Source of the DNA: a virus
Taxonomy: Duplodnaviria; Caudoviricetes
Virus record (IMG/VR): IMGVR_UViG_3300042350_003801
DNA length: 64,000 nt
Strand: one strand, 5' to 3'
This document shows, piece after piece, positions 38,199 to 47,146 of the stretch; positions within the stretch are counted from its first letter, which is position 1, and every line of letters begins with the position of its first letter. Below the pieces are notes generated by a model. That model was not told the DNA's origin. It made no database searches and saw nothing but the letters and a program-made list of their open reading frames with translations. Both the position numbers and the translations under genes were made by a program.

Positions 38199-38725
38199 AA
38201 CATTACCAATTCAGGTTTACCAATAATATCCTCTCGTAGTTGAGTAAGAACTTGACCCAACCAATTAGTTCCTTGCCAGTTTTTGGGGTCTTTAATTCCT
38301 TCCTCATAACCACCCATTCCAATCCCCCATACAGTATCAGTTGGAGAGGCTTCTACAAGAAGATAACCATCAGTTTCCATCAGGTAATTGTAAGCATCCT
38401 CGTTTTGAGTGAACTTGTAATAACACCCTTCATAAACAATCTGACGAGCGTGTTGGTCCCAAACGGTTTTATCAAATCCCTTCACCTTTCGCCCCAATGC
38501 TTTTTGGTCGCCAGGGAAAGTCTTGGACATAATACGTTTGGCGATTTCATAGTCTTGAAAGAGAAAAGCCTTTTTCTCCATCATATACTGCTCTGCACAG
38601 TTATAGGGTGTTCCTGAACGAGTATCCAAGAAAGGGGTATCCGCCCAGTTGGACAAATAGCCATTGAAGAAAAACACATACTGATTGTATTTTTCAAGAA
38701 AGTTCTGCTCTGTAAATCGTAACAC
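38195..38725 (-). CDS. NADAR family protein
   Basis: LSNW, AEQYMM..KA.LF.D, LVEASP.D.VWGIG, G.NWLG.VL. Confidence 0.9.
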   Translation of the reverse strand: MLRFTEQNFLEKYNQYVFFFNGYLSNWADTPFLDTRSGTPYNCAEQYMMEKKAFLFQDYEIAKRIMSKTFPGDQKALGRKVKGFDKTVWDQHARQIVYEGCYYKFTQNEDAYNYLMETDGYLLVEASPTDTVWGIGMGGYEEGIKDPKNWQGTNWLGQVLTQLREDIIGKPELVMF

Positions 38726-38727
38726 AA

Positions 38728-39759
38728 TTAAACTCCAGTAAAATAAGAAATAATTTCGTAGTGGTCTTCAAAAGTCTGGGAGGAATCTACTTGAGAAAGG
38801 GGAATCCAAGTTGCAGAAGTTGCATCAGAACCTCCCCGGACTTTCGGTAGTTCGCCATCGGGAAGACAAATGTTAAAAGCGTGAGTAATAGTTCTACCTC
38901 TTGAACTACGTTGAATTGCATCAAAAACGCGGGTGTTCTTAATGTTTCCGCGAAGAACAGGAGAAGGAACTTTAAGACCAGTTTCTTCTCGGAGTTCTCT
39001 AATCATTGCATCCTCAAGAGATGCATCACTATTTGCATCCAAGAAGCCTCCTGGAAGTGCAAGCAATCCTCGCCCAGGTTCAGAGCGACGATTGATCATC
39101 AAGATGTGGCCAGATTGAATAACTACTGCATCTACAGTCACAAATGTTGGAGGATAAGGATATGATGCAAATTGTTGCTTATACATTTCCTCAAAGTGTC
39201 TTTCTCGGACAACTTGAGCAAACTCTTCAGTTTTCTTAAACACTTCAAGATATTCTAGAATACGTTGTGGAACCACTCCTTGTATGAAATTAAGATTAGA
39301 ATCATCCCGGAAATACAAATTCCTAATGTTAGTTGCACTCAATTCTTCAACAAGAGGAACCTCAACAAGTTCCCATTGGGGGAACATTTCAAGATAGTAA
39401 GAACTTTCATCTTTTTTGTGACCGATGATAGCCACCTTATCAGTGGGTGCAGTTTCAGCCTTTACGATTTCTTGAACTCGGACTGCCCAGGCGGTGTCAT
39501 TGTATAGACTATCTCGGGTTCCTACGACTACAAAATCCAGTTCTTCTTCGTATCCAAGATTGGATAGAGTAGGAGAAATCATATCATAACGGTCGCAGAG
39601 TGTAAATGGATTCTTATAGGTTCGCGGCTGATGTGCAGAACCGACTACAAGAATAACTTTATCTGCTAGCGCTGCTGCTTGTTTGAAAATTTCTAAGTGT
39701 GCATTGTGAAACGGCTGAAATCTACCGATGAACACGATGGCATCGTATTGTTTGGTCAT
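38728..39759 (-). CDS. natV: Bifunctional NMN adenylyltransferase / Nudix ADP-ribose pyrophosphatase (NadM-Nudix)
   Basis: GRFQPFHNAH, GH.KD.SS.YL, Nudix ALPGGF...RELREETGL. Confidence 0.92.
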   Translation of the reverse strand: MTKQYDAIVFIGRFQPFHNAHLEIFKQAAALADKVILVVGSAHQPRTYKNPFTLCDRYDMISPTLSNLGYEEELDFVVVGTRDSLYNDTAWAVRVQEIVKAETAPTDKVAIIGHKKDESSYYLEMFPQWELVEVPLVEELSATNIRNLYFRDDSNLNFIQGVVPQRILEYLEVFKKTEEFAQVVRERHFEEMYKQQFASYPYPPTFVTVDAVVIQSGHILMINRRSEPGRGLLALPGGFLDANSDASLEDAMIRELREETGLKVPSPVLRGNIKNTRVFDAIQRSSRGRTITHAFNICLPDGELPKVRGGSDATSATWIPLSQVDSSQTFEDHYEIISYFTGV

Positions 39760-39787
39760 TGTAAGCTCCTTACAAATGGTTTATGTG

Positions 39788-39806
39788 TGGGGCGTCTATC
39801 GCTCCA
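39788..39806 (-). promoter_or_regulatory. Leader hairpin with G-ATAGA-C loop
   Basis: TGGAGCG-ATAGA-CGCCCCA upstream of an AAGGAG RBS. Confidence 0.55.
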
Positions 39807-39881
39807 GGATTATATAGTAACACGGTTTGTGGGCTTTGGGAAAACTATGTGCCACCGCTTAAAGCGGCACACAGAAAACAA

Positions 39882-40994
39882 TCACATCGCAAATCCAATA
39901 GCGCGGGCTTCTTTCTTCTTGGTGTATTTTTGGGAGTTAAAAATCTCAGCAATCGTGAAATTTTGCTCAGGAAGTTCAACTTCTACGCCTTGCTTCTCCG
40001 CAACAGCAATTGCCTCATCTTTAGTAAGTTGACGGAACTGTAGAACATCAAAACAACGACCGGGACGAATAAGGGCTTGGTCAACATCACTGAGACTAGC
40101 AAGATTGGTCGTAAAGATAATCTTTTTATCTGACGAAGAAATTAGACCATCACCAGCATTAAGAAATTTGTGAATGGTCCGGTTTCCGCTCTCACGGGAA
40201 GTCAAATATGCATCGGCATCCTCAAAAATGAGGTAGTTTACCGAAGAGTCATCAATGAAACTACTCAAAAAATTGTCGCTTTTAAGAATCGCATCATCAT
40301 AAGAGAGTAGTGCATTCTTTTTAAAATGTTGTAGTAGCCCCCGAATGAACGTCGTTTTACCAGTTCCAGGTGGCCCTTGAAGGAGAAGAATAGAGGCAGA
40401 AGATGAGTTAAACCGTTCATAATATTCCTCAAGGCTTTCACCATTGAGGAAAGGATACATCTCAGTGAAAGGAGTATTCTTTACCTCCAGCTCTTTTCTA
40501 ACTTTAACCATTTTATGATTGTCATCCGTAAAACACCAGTTAATCATACATTTTTGTTCTTCGGTGTATTTTTCAAAATGTTCATATAGAACTGCGATAA
40601 ATTTTTCAATTTCTTCTTTATCTCCACGCATCATTACATTAAAACTACGAGTATTAGATGTAATTGCGAAGTTTACAATAATATTATCAAAAATCAAACT
40701 ATATGTATTAGTCGGACAAGTTGTGAATACTTGTGGTTTAGGATCGGGAAAAATTGTAATAAAATCTTCAAATTTTTCCCGAAATGCTTCATTAACCCCA
40801 TTGTTTATCTGGCCTTTCGGGGCCTCTAGACACACTTCTTCTGTGTGTAAATTTTTTCCTGCGTTAATATAATTAACAATAAATTGAGCATTGATGGCGT
40901 TACGAAGCTCGTAACTACCAAAAGAACTATTATTTTGATGAAGAGTTGGGGCTGGAATAGTAAGACGGGTTTCGGTCATCTTGATTAATTTCAA
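39882..40994 (-). CDS. AAA ATPase
   Basis: GPPGTGKTT, LIFEDAD, D.ALIRPGR. Confidence 0.85.
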   Translation of the reverse strand: MKLIKMTETRLTIPAPTLHQNNSSFGSYELRNAINAQFIVNYINAGKNLHTEEVCLEAPKGQINNGVNEAFREKFEDFITIFPDPKPQVFTTCPTNTYSLIFDNIIVNFAITSNTRSFNVMMRGDKEEIEKFIAVLYEHFEKYTEEQKCMINWCFTDDNHKMVKVRKELEVKNTPFTEMYPFLNGESLEEYYERFNSSSASILLLQGPPGTGKTTFIRGLLQHFKKNALLSYDDAILKSDNFLSSFIDDSSVNYLIFEDADAYLTSRESGNRTIHKFLNAGDGLISSSDKKIIFTTNLASLSDVDQALIRPGRCFDVLQFRQLTKDEAIAVAEKQGVEVELPEQNFTIAEIFNSQKYTKKKEARAIGFAM

Positions 40995-41049
40995 AGGTTC
41001 CTAGAGCCTAACACTTCTAGGAACCTTTGGTGGGGTTGTGTGCCAGTTA

Positions 41050-41726
41050 TCAAACCGTCACGGTGTAGGTGCGGGTGATGACACTATTAACGATGAAGTC
41101 TTGCTCAACACACAGTAGGGCAAACTTAAGAGCATCCTGCATTGTGTAACACTCTTTCCTGAGAATCGTAAGGTCGTGCTTGTGTTGATACAAAACAACA
41201 AAGTTACCTTTAATTTCTTGTTCAATAGGTATAGTAAATTCTTCGCCGAGATATCCTTCGTATTCATCATAGACTTCACCGGGACAATCGGTATAATACA
41301 TAATGGTTTTTAAAAACTTATACTAGCATCAAAATAAGGGACTCGGCTTTTACTGTGCCACTTCAGAATCTGTCACATAAGTCGGAGCATTTAAACAACA
41401 AAATTCGTTAAAGATGATCTTCATTTCTTTGTTAGTTAGATTTGCATTGTCTGCGGCTTTAGGAACATTCCATTTTGCAGCAAATAGCATCTCAAGTGAT
41501 TTTTTAGTTTCAGGTCTTGTGCTCATTCTGACACATCCTCCCAATCTTCTTTTTTCAAGGTCTTGTCCATATACTCAACAATATTCAAAAATTCGGTTGG
41601 GGTATCACAAACAATTTCTTTTACATTTCCAGTATTAGAATAAAGTCTAACCGACCTTTCTAAAACATTAACCGCATAGCCAATTAAATAATCATTCATC
41701 AACTTCAATCTCCAATGGGGAAACAT
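41050..41726 (-). CDS. Three small hypothetical proteins (41050..41301, 41350..41544, 41523..41726)
   Basis: ORF track; two end within dyads. Confidence 0.55.
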
Positions 41727-42348
41727 CTTTTCTTGTTGCCGTAACTGTATAAAAACAGTTAATAATTTCGTCGTTATTTGATTTAATTCTTATATCTGGG
41801 TATGTTGACTCTACAACTAAATCTTGAGACGTTCCAATCTGAGTTAGACTTACATTAATTGTTGTGTGGTCTACAAGGTCTTCCCAATAATCTGGAACTT
41901 CAATAATTGAAGAATCAAACAACCTACCTCTGATATAAACTGCAATCTCTGGCCCTTCCAAACAAGCGTGTCTTAAACGCTTTTTTGGTTTTGTTGGATG
42001 TGGAATATCAAAGAGTTTATATGGAGCAGAAAGACTAGTAAAGGTTCCGAGTGGTGCTCTTATTTGGTATTGACACTCAACCAGCGGGCTATTTAGAGAG
42101 ATTAAAGTTGACTTAACTGAAAACTCAGAAAGTTGTCCAACCGAATGGCTGAAGTTTAATTTAGTATCAGTTGAAAGTTCACAATATGCATATTGGCTTG
42201 GGTTACTACCAACCCAAATAGCAGCCACATTGCCAGAATAATTGATACCAAAGTTAAGGGCATCTGGGTCATATTCATAATCCTCATTTGGATAATCGTA
42301 TTGGTTACGGATAAAAGACCCGTAATAGCGGTTATAATCATAGGCCAT
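41692..42348 (-). CDS. Structural protein with HPTKP..RL.H..LEGPE domain
   Basis: Domain shared with the neighbouring gene. Confidence 0.7.
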   Translation of the reverse strand: MAYDYNRYYGSFIRNQYDYPNEDYEYDPDALNFGINYSGNVAAIWVGSNPSQYAYCELSTDTKLNFSHSVGQLSEFSVKSTLISLNSPLVECQYQIRAPLGTFTSLSAPYKLFDIPHPTKPKKRLRHACLEGPEIAVYIRGRLFDSSIIEVPDYWEDLVDHTTINVSLTQIGTSQDLVVESTYPDIRIKSNNDEIINCFYTVTATRKDVSPLEIEVDE

Positions 42349-42967
42349 ATTCTTCTGGATTCACCTCTACTTTAAGTTTTTCAATATCTTTTCTTGTTCC
42401 ATAAACGTGATAGTAACAGTCAATAGGAGAGCCAATGCTAGATTCTTTAATATAAATTTTGCACCCTTTGATTACCTCAACAAATAGATTCTGCGAGTGC
42501 CCAATCGGTTGAAGTTGAACTGTAATGGAATCTTCATCAACAAAGTTTACCCAATAATCCGGCAGTTCAATATAATTTTTATCGGTTATTCTACCTCTTA
42601 CATAAACACCGTTTTCTGGTCCCTCTAGGGCAACGTGAACTAGCTTCTTATTTGGTTTTGTTGGGTGGTCAATAACAAATGGCTTAGCCCTTGTTGCGGC
42701 AACAACATCTCCGACAATAACTCCTTTGACTCTAACTCCACCGTGAAAATATGCGGACCAAAATGCAGGAGTTTTTACCTCATCATTAACCTGTGGAGCA
42801 ACCATAAGGGCTGCGGGAATTACTGGAAATCTTGCAACATTACCAACTGCAAGTGGCCCTTCAATATATGAAGAACCTCTTACTTCAGTTGGCCCCCTAC
42901 CCAATGCATTCGGAGCACCTTCGCCAACAAAAAGCCTTTTACCAACATATAAATCTGGAACTTTCAT
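42338..42967 (-). CDS. Structural protein with HPTKP..KL.H..LEGPE domain
   Basis: Tandem paralogous domain, in the baseplate block. Confidence 0.7.
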   Translation of the reverse strand: MKVPDLYVGKRLFVGEGAPNALGRGPTEVRGSSYIEGPLAVGNVARFPVIPAALMVAPQVNDEVKTPAFWSAYFHGGVRVKGVIVGDVVAATRAKPFVIDHPTKPNKKLVHVALEGPENGVYVRGRITDKNYIELPDYWVNFVDEDSITVQLQPIGHSQNLFVEVIKGCKIYIKESSIGSPIDCYYHVYGTRKDIEKLKVEVNPEEYGL

Positions 42968-43549
42968 TTACTTGTACCTGTCCTCATTTGTTGAACCACC
43001 TTTTGAGCCGTTAATTTTTGTTGCACCATCTGCACAATCAACCAAACCCCCATAGATATTAAGTATTGCCTTTCCGACTAAATCGATTTGATTATCGGAG
43101 ACCAATCTCGTTGAAACTTTTGACTTTACTGAAATGATTGGGGCAGTTACAATTACCTTCTCGTTTGCATCAATAGTTATGTTACCATTTTGGCCATCTC
43201 CACCTCTGGCAATAAGGTCAATATTTTCTCCAATGAATCGGATTCTACCCCTTCCAGCATTAATAACAATGTCGCCATTAACCGCCTCAATATAGACCCC
43301 AATATTTTCTTCAATGCCAGAACTTTTTACATTATCTCCGGCTTTAATCTGAAATGCCCCTGTTGATCTACAGATTGTTCCGTGTTTTCTGTGTGGCTGG
43401 CCTTCGGAATCCATTGAGATATAATGATTTGATTCCGCACCACTTCTCAGAAGAACAGCAGCAATCTTGCTATCATCGTGAATGTGACCAAATTTTAATT
43501 CACCGTCTTTTGTTCCATATCTAACGGCATTATCATTTTCTGCGCTCAT
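42968..43549 (-). CDS. Baseplate-associated protein
   Basis: Position after the gp5-like gene; beta-helix-like repeats. Confidence 0.55.
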   Translation of the reverse strand: MSAENDNAVRYGTKDGELKFGHIHDDSKIAAVLLRSGAESNHYISMDSEGQPHRKHGTICRSTGAFQIKAGDNVKSSGIEENIGVYIEAVNGDIVINAGRGRIRFIGENIDLIARGGDGQNGNITIDANEKVIVTAPIISVKSKVSTRLVSDNQIDLVGKAILNIYGGLVDCADGATKINGSKGGSTNEDRYK

Positions 43550-45832
43550 TTATTTTCCGGGGCAATCTACGACGTTAATGACCTTTTCAAGGTTCACTGG
43601 CACAATAGTTAGGTTATCACCAACTCTCTCTACACAGAGCCGTGCAATAAGATTTGCCCTATAGCCAGTTTGAGACTGAATATAGATTTTTGGCATTTCT
43701 GTGAATCCTTCACCTTTTGTAAGAACATCAATTTTTATGATGGCTCCATTAGGACTTATTGTTGCTCTTGCGGTTGCTCCATTTGGAGGTTCAATAATAA
43801 CTTGATCGCCTTGCGAGTAGCCAAATCCACTTTCTCTAATAATAACGTCACAGAGTTTTAGAATGACTGGGTATTGGCCATTTGATTTGGATGGATAGAT
43901 TGCAGTTGGGGGTTTAACTGGATCAGTCAAGGTTCTACCATCTCCACCTAAACTTCCATCTGGTGCAGAAAGATAACCGGAGCCCATATCTGTTATAACT
44001 ACTTTAGTTACTCCAGTTGTAGTTGTTCCATTTGTTCCGGTTGTAGTTGTTCCATTTGTTCCGGTTGTAGTAGTGGAGGTGGTTCCAGAAATTTGAGCAT
44101 TGACCACACCAATAATAGCAGTAGCAACCGCACCAGAACCTTTACCGCAAGCATCATAAAACTTTATTAGAGGAGAAGATGTATAACCCCCACCTGGATT
44201 TGTTATGTCAATTCCGATAACCTGACCCAATGCACTAACAATTGCATTACCGGCTGCACCGGTTCCACCTCCACCAGAGAATTGAATAGTTGGGGGACCA
44301 CAAGAAATAGCACCCACATTACAGGTATCTTGAAATGCATCACTAAAATCTAAATCAAAGTTAAAATTATCGGGGTCAACAGACTGTTGGACATTTGTAG
44401 CAAATGACTTCATTTTACTAATCAATCCCGAAATATCCGTGATATCTCCCGCAATAGATTCCGGCCCTTCCCATATACTCCACTCTTTTATCTTTGCACA
44501 GGATGGTTCTTCATCACAAGAAATACCCGAAAGAAGATCGCTAACAAACCCGAGAATATCTGAAACAACATCAAATATACCGAAAACTGCCTTCAACGGG
44601 GCAAGAATTACATCAATTGCACTGGTAAGGAGCCCTGTAATTTTACCAATAAGAGCCCCAACAAAGTTTTCAACCGCGCACCGTGGAGTATTGATAAGAT
44701 AATCCACTGCGGATGCAAGAAATTTTGCAACCAATTTAATAAGATTTTTGATTATCTTCCTGAACAAACAGGCCAATAAATCATTTGCTTTTTCAACCTT
44801 ATCTATTGCCTTCTGGAGTTCACTTGGAAATAGAGTATAATATACATTCTTAAGTTTATCGTTAATTTGATTAATTATAAATTGTTGTATTTGTGTGATT
44901 AGGGTTTTCAGAGGAACAGAAATAAATTTTGAGACCTCTTGAATTTTTACCTTAAGGTATTCATCAATGCTATATTGTTTTCCTTCTTTATTTTGATATG
45001 TATCAATTGAATTGGTAAATCCAGATGAGAATACTTCATTTAAAGTTGTGCTAACCCCGATAGGAGAGTTAAAAGAGCCAAGTGCATTAAAAGGAATAAA
45101 TGCTGCTGAATATGCTCCACTCGCAATGGTGCTAATACCTGATGAATTAATATTGAAATTTTGAAGAGTCGTTGATCCTATTTCAATAGAAGGGTTCTGA
45201 CCAATACTGGCAAGACTATTTTTTTGATTGGCAAACCACAATTTTGCATCAGTTATTTCTCTGATGAACTTCTTTAAACTGCTCTGAATTGCCCCGAGTG
45301 GCACTTTTTCACAGGTTGTTGGCGCCTCAAGAAATGTCGTAAAAACTCCATCTTGAAGTTCAAAATAGTTGGCAACATTTTCGTAGAACATTGCATTCGC
45401 CGAAGACTCAATGAATCCTTTCTTTGGCGAAATATTATAAACTGGTGGTTGTTCTTTGCCGTTAAAGGCACTAAATGGAGTAAACCCTACGGCAGACGTT
45501 CCAAATAATGTTTGTTCATTAGTGCCAAGACAGCCAGTAATAAAGTATCTTTCTCCAATTTGTGAGACCCAGACGAATGAACCCTCGGTCAAATTTGCAG
45601 TTTGATAATTAGCCCTATGGCCAGTTCCTGCGGTTACAGGATACATTACTTCCAACCAAGGAAGATTTATATCAGGAAGAATTGACTTATTTTCAGAATG
45701 AATACCTTGGATTCTTACGGGATACCTTTTACCCCATCCTTTATTTGCTCCAGGTTTCCATTTTCCAGATGCAGAATTGCTTTTCCAAAAATCGGGTGGT
45801 ATTTGGCCGATAAAAAAGTTATTATTTCCCAT
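43550..45832 (-). CDS. gp5: Baseplate hub subunit gp5-like
   Basis: N-terminal OB fold RY.VRI.G.H..LPW..V..PVTAG. Confidence 0.7.
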   Translation of the reverse strand: MGNNNFFIGQIPPDFWKSNSASGKWKPGANKGWGKRYPVRIQGIHSENKSILPDINLPWLEVMYPVTAGTGHRANYQTANLTEGSFVWVSQIGERYFITGCLGTNEQTLFGTSAVGFTPFSAFNGKEQPPVYNISPKKGFIESSANAMFYENVANYFELQDGVFTTFLEAPTTCEKVPLGAIQSSLKKFIREITDAKLWFANQKNSLASIGQNPSIEIGSTTLQNFNINSSGISTIASGAYSAAFIPFNALGSFNSPIGVSTTLNEVFSSGFTNSIDTYQNKEGKQYSIDEYLKVKIQEVSKFISVPLKTLITQIQQFIINQINDKLKNVYYTLFPSELQKAIDKVEKANDLLACLFRKIIKNLIKLVAKFLASAVDYLINTPRCAVENFVGALIGKITGLLTSAIDVILAPLKAVFGIFDVVSDILGFVSDLLSGISCDEEPSCAKIKEWSIWEGPESIAGDITDISGLISKMKSFATNVQQSVDPDNFNFDLDFSDAFQDTCNVGAISCGPPTIQFSGGGGTGAAGNAIVSALGQVIGIDITNPGGGYTSSPLIKFYDACGKGSGAVATAIIGVVNAQISGTTSTTTTGTNGTTTTGTNGTTTTGVTKVVITDMGSGYLSAPDGSLGGDGRTLTDPVKPPTAIYPSKSNGQYPVILKLCDVIIRESGFGYSQGDQVIIEPPNGATARATISPNGAIIKIDVLTKGEGFTEMPKIYIQSQTGYRANLIARLCVERVGDNLTIVPVNLEKVINVVDCPGK

Positions 45833-45838
45833 TAAATT

Positions 45839-47146
45839 TTATACTCCGTAGCTATCTCTTACGAGATTCAATTTAGTAAAGTTTGGGCCGGCTGGACTAA
45901 TATAATGACATAAATCAACAATCAAGTATTTACCTGATTTCTTTTTGCTAACCATTTGTGTATATTTAGAGGACACTTCTGGAAAAGAACATTCAATAAT
46001 ATCTCCAGCGTGAAGTGTTAAATCACAGAAGATTGTAGTCTGTAGCTGAATAGAAAATAATTGGTTATACCTCATTGTGCTCTGATTGAGGATTCCGCGA
46101 ACATTAAAGTTCTCTTTTATTGAGTTTTGTAGCTGGTCATCTACTGTTACACCATAAGACAGTTGACCAATATCAAGCGTTGAGAAATTTGTTTTAGATG
46201 ATTTATACAGTTCTTCAGGAATGAACGGAAGATTCTTTGCTGCTCTTACTGCACCAGCATTTTGTTCCGTTGAATTAATTGTTTTTCTATCGTATTGTTG
46301 AGTGACCGGATTAAATGTGATGATTGTTGAGGCATTTGTTCCTGCCTTCATTTGTTCAATCAAAGACGGCCCTTCTGAGAATGAAAAATTTAAAATCTTG
46401 CCATCATAACCAAACGGTAGTTTTGTGGTATTGTTCATAATATACCGTTTTAATGGTTCTTGGCTCAATAACTTATCAACAGATTTAAAATGATAGCCGT
46501 CCGAAGTCTCATAAAAGAAATAACCAGCAGTATTTCCTTCAGTCTTTTTAGATTGAACAATGGGAATAGACTTTGCGGATAACTGATTGAGAACATTAAA
46601 CGGCATTGCCTCATCATTAATTCTACCCGCAATCTTTAGATTGTTTAAGGTATCTTCAATGAATAGTGGTTTTTTTGTTTTTAGATGTTCAGTGAAGATT
46701 TTCTTAACGGTTTCAGATATTTTTCCTTCATATGTTCTTGCAACTCTATTCTCTTCAAAGTTGTTGGTTAGATATTCTTTACTTGACAGACAGGCCGTTA
46801 CAATTTCAGAACGAGTTGTTCCAATAACCTTTGGTCTTGCCATAAAATGGAGACAGGTATCATTCGTGATGAATTGCAGTCTTCCTCTTTCATCATCTTG
46901 TATGTCAAGAAAAACCTTTTCGGCATATTGTAGGTCTACATCATTTGCCTCAGTTGTTGCTGAAGTTTCTCCTGCATAATTTCTGTTGCCAGTATCTGCA
47001 TATGTTACAGTTACCTTTACTGTGTTTTCTAGGATACTCTCATAATAGTATAGTTGAGCAAAGCCATTAGAGATTTCAACCGTCTTTCCTTTATTGGAGA
47101 CGATTTCAAACCTTTTAATCTGAATATCTGACCTTGATTCGTTCAT
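45839..47146 (-). CDS. Putative baseplate hub protein (gp27-like)
   Basis: YYESI..N, Y.F.ET.DG.HFKS.D.L, GD..L.AGD.I motifs; position upstream of gp5. Confidence 0.55.
   Translation of the reverse strand: MNESRSDIQIKRFEIVSNKGKTVEISNGFAQLYYYESILENTVKVTVTYADTGNRNYAGETSATTEANDVDLQYAEKVFLDIQDDERGRLQFITNDTCLHFMARPKVIGTTRSEIVTACLSSKEYLTNNFEENRVARTYEGKISETVKKIFTEHLKTKKPLFIEDTLNNLKIAGRINDEAMPFNVLNQLSAKSIPIVQSKKTEGNTAGYFFYETSDGYHFKSVDKLLSQEPLKRYIMNNTTKLPFGYDGKILNFSFSEGPSLIEQMKAGTNASTIITFNPVTQQYDRKTINSTEQNAGAVRAAKNLPFIPEELYKSSKTNFSTLDIGQLSYGVTVDDQLQNSIKENFNVRGILNQSTMRYNQLFSIQLQTTIFCDLTLHAGDIIECSFPEVSSKYTQMVSKKKSGKYLIVDLCHYISPAGPNFTKLNLVRDSYGV

Noticed and set aside
44016-44071. 24-bp tandem repeat in the gp5-like gene
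   Set aside because: In-frame Thr/Gly linker duplication; ordinary.
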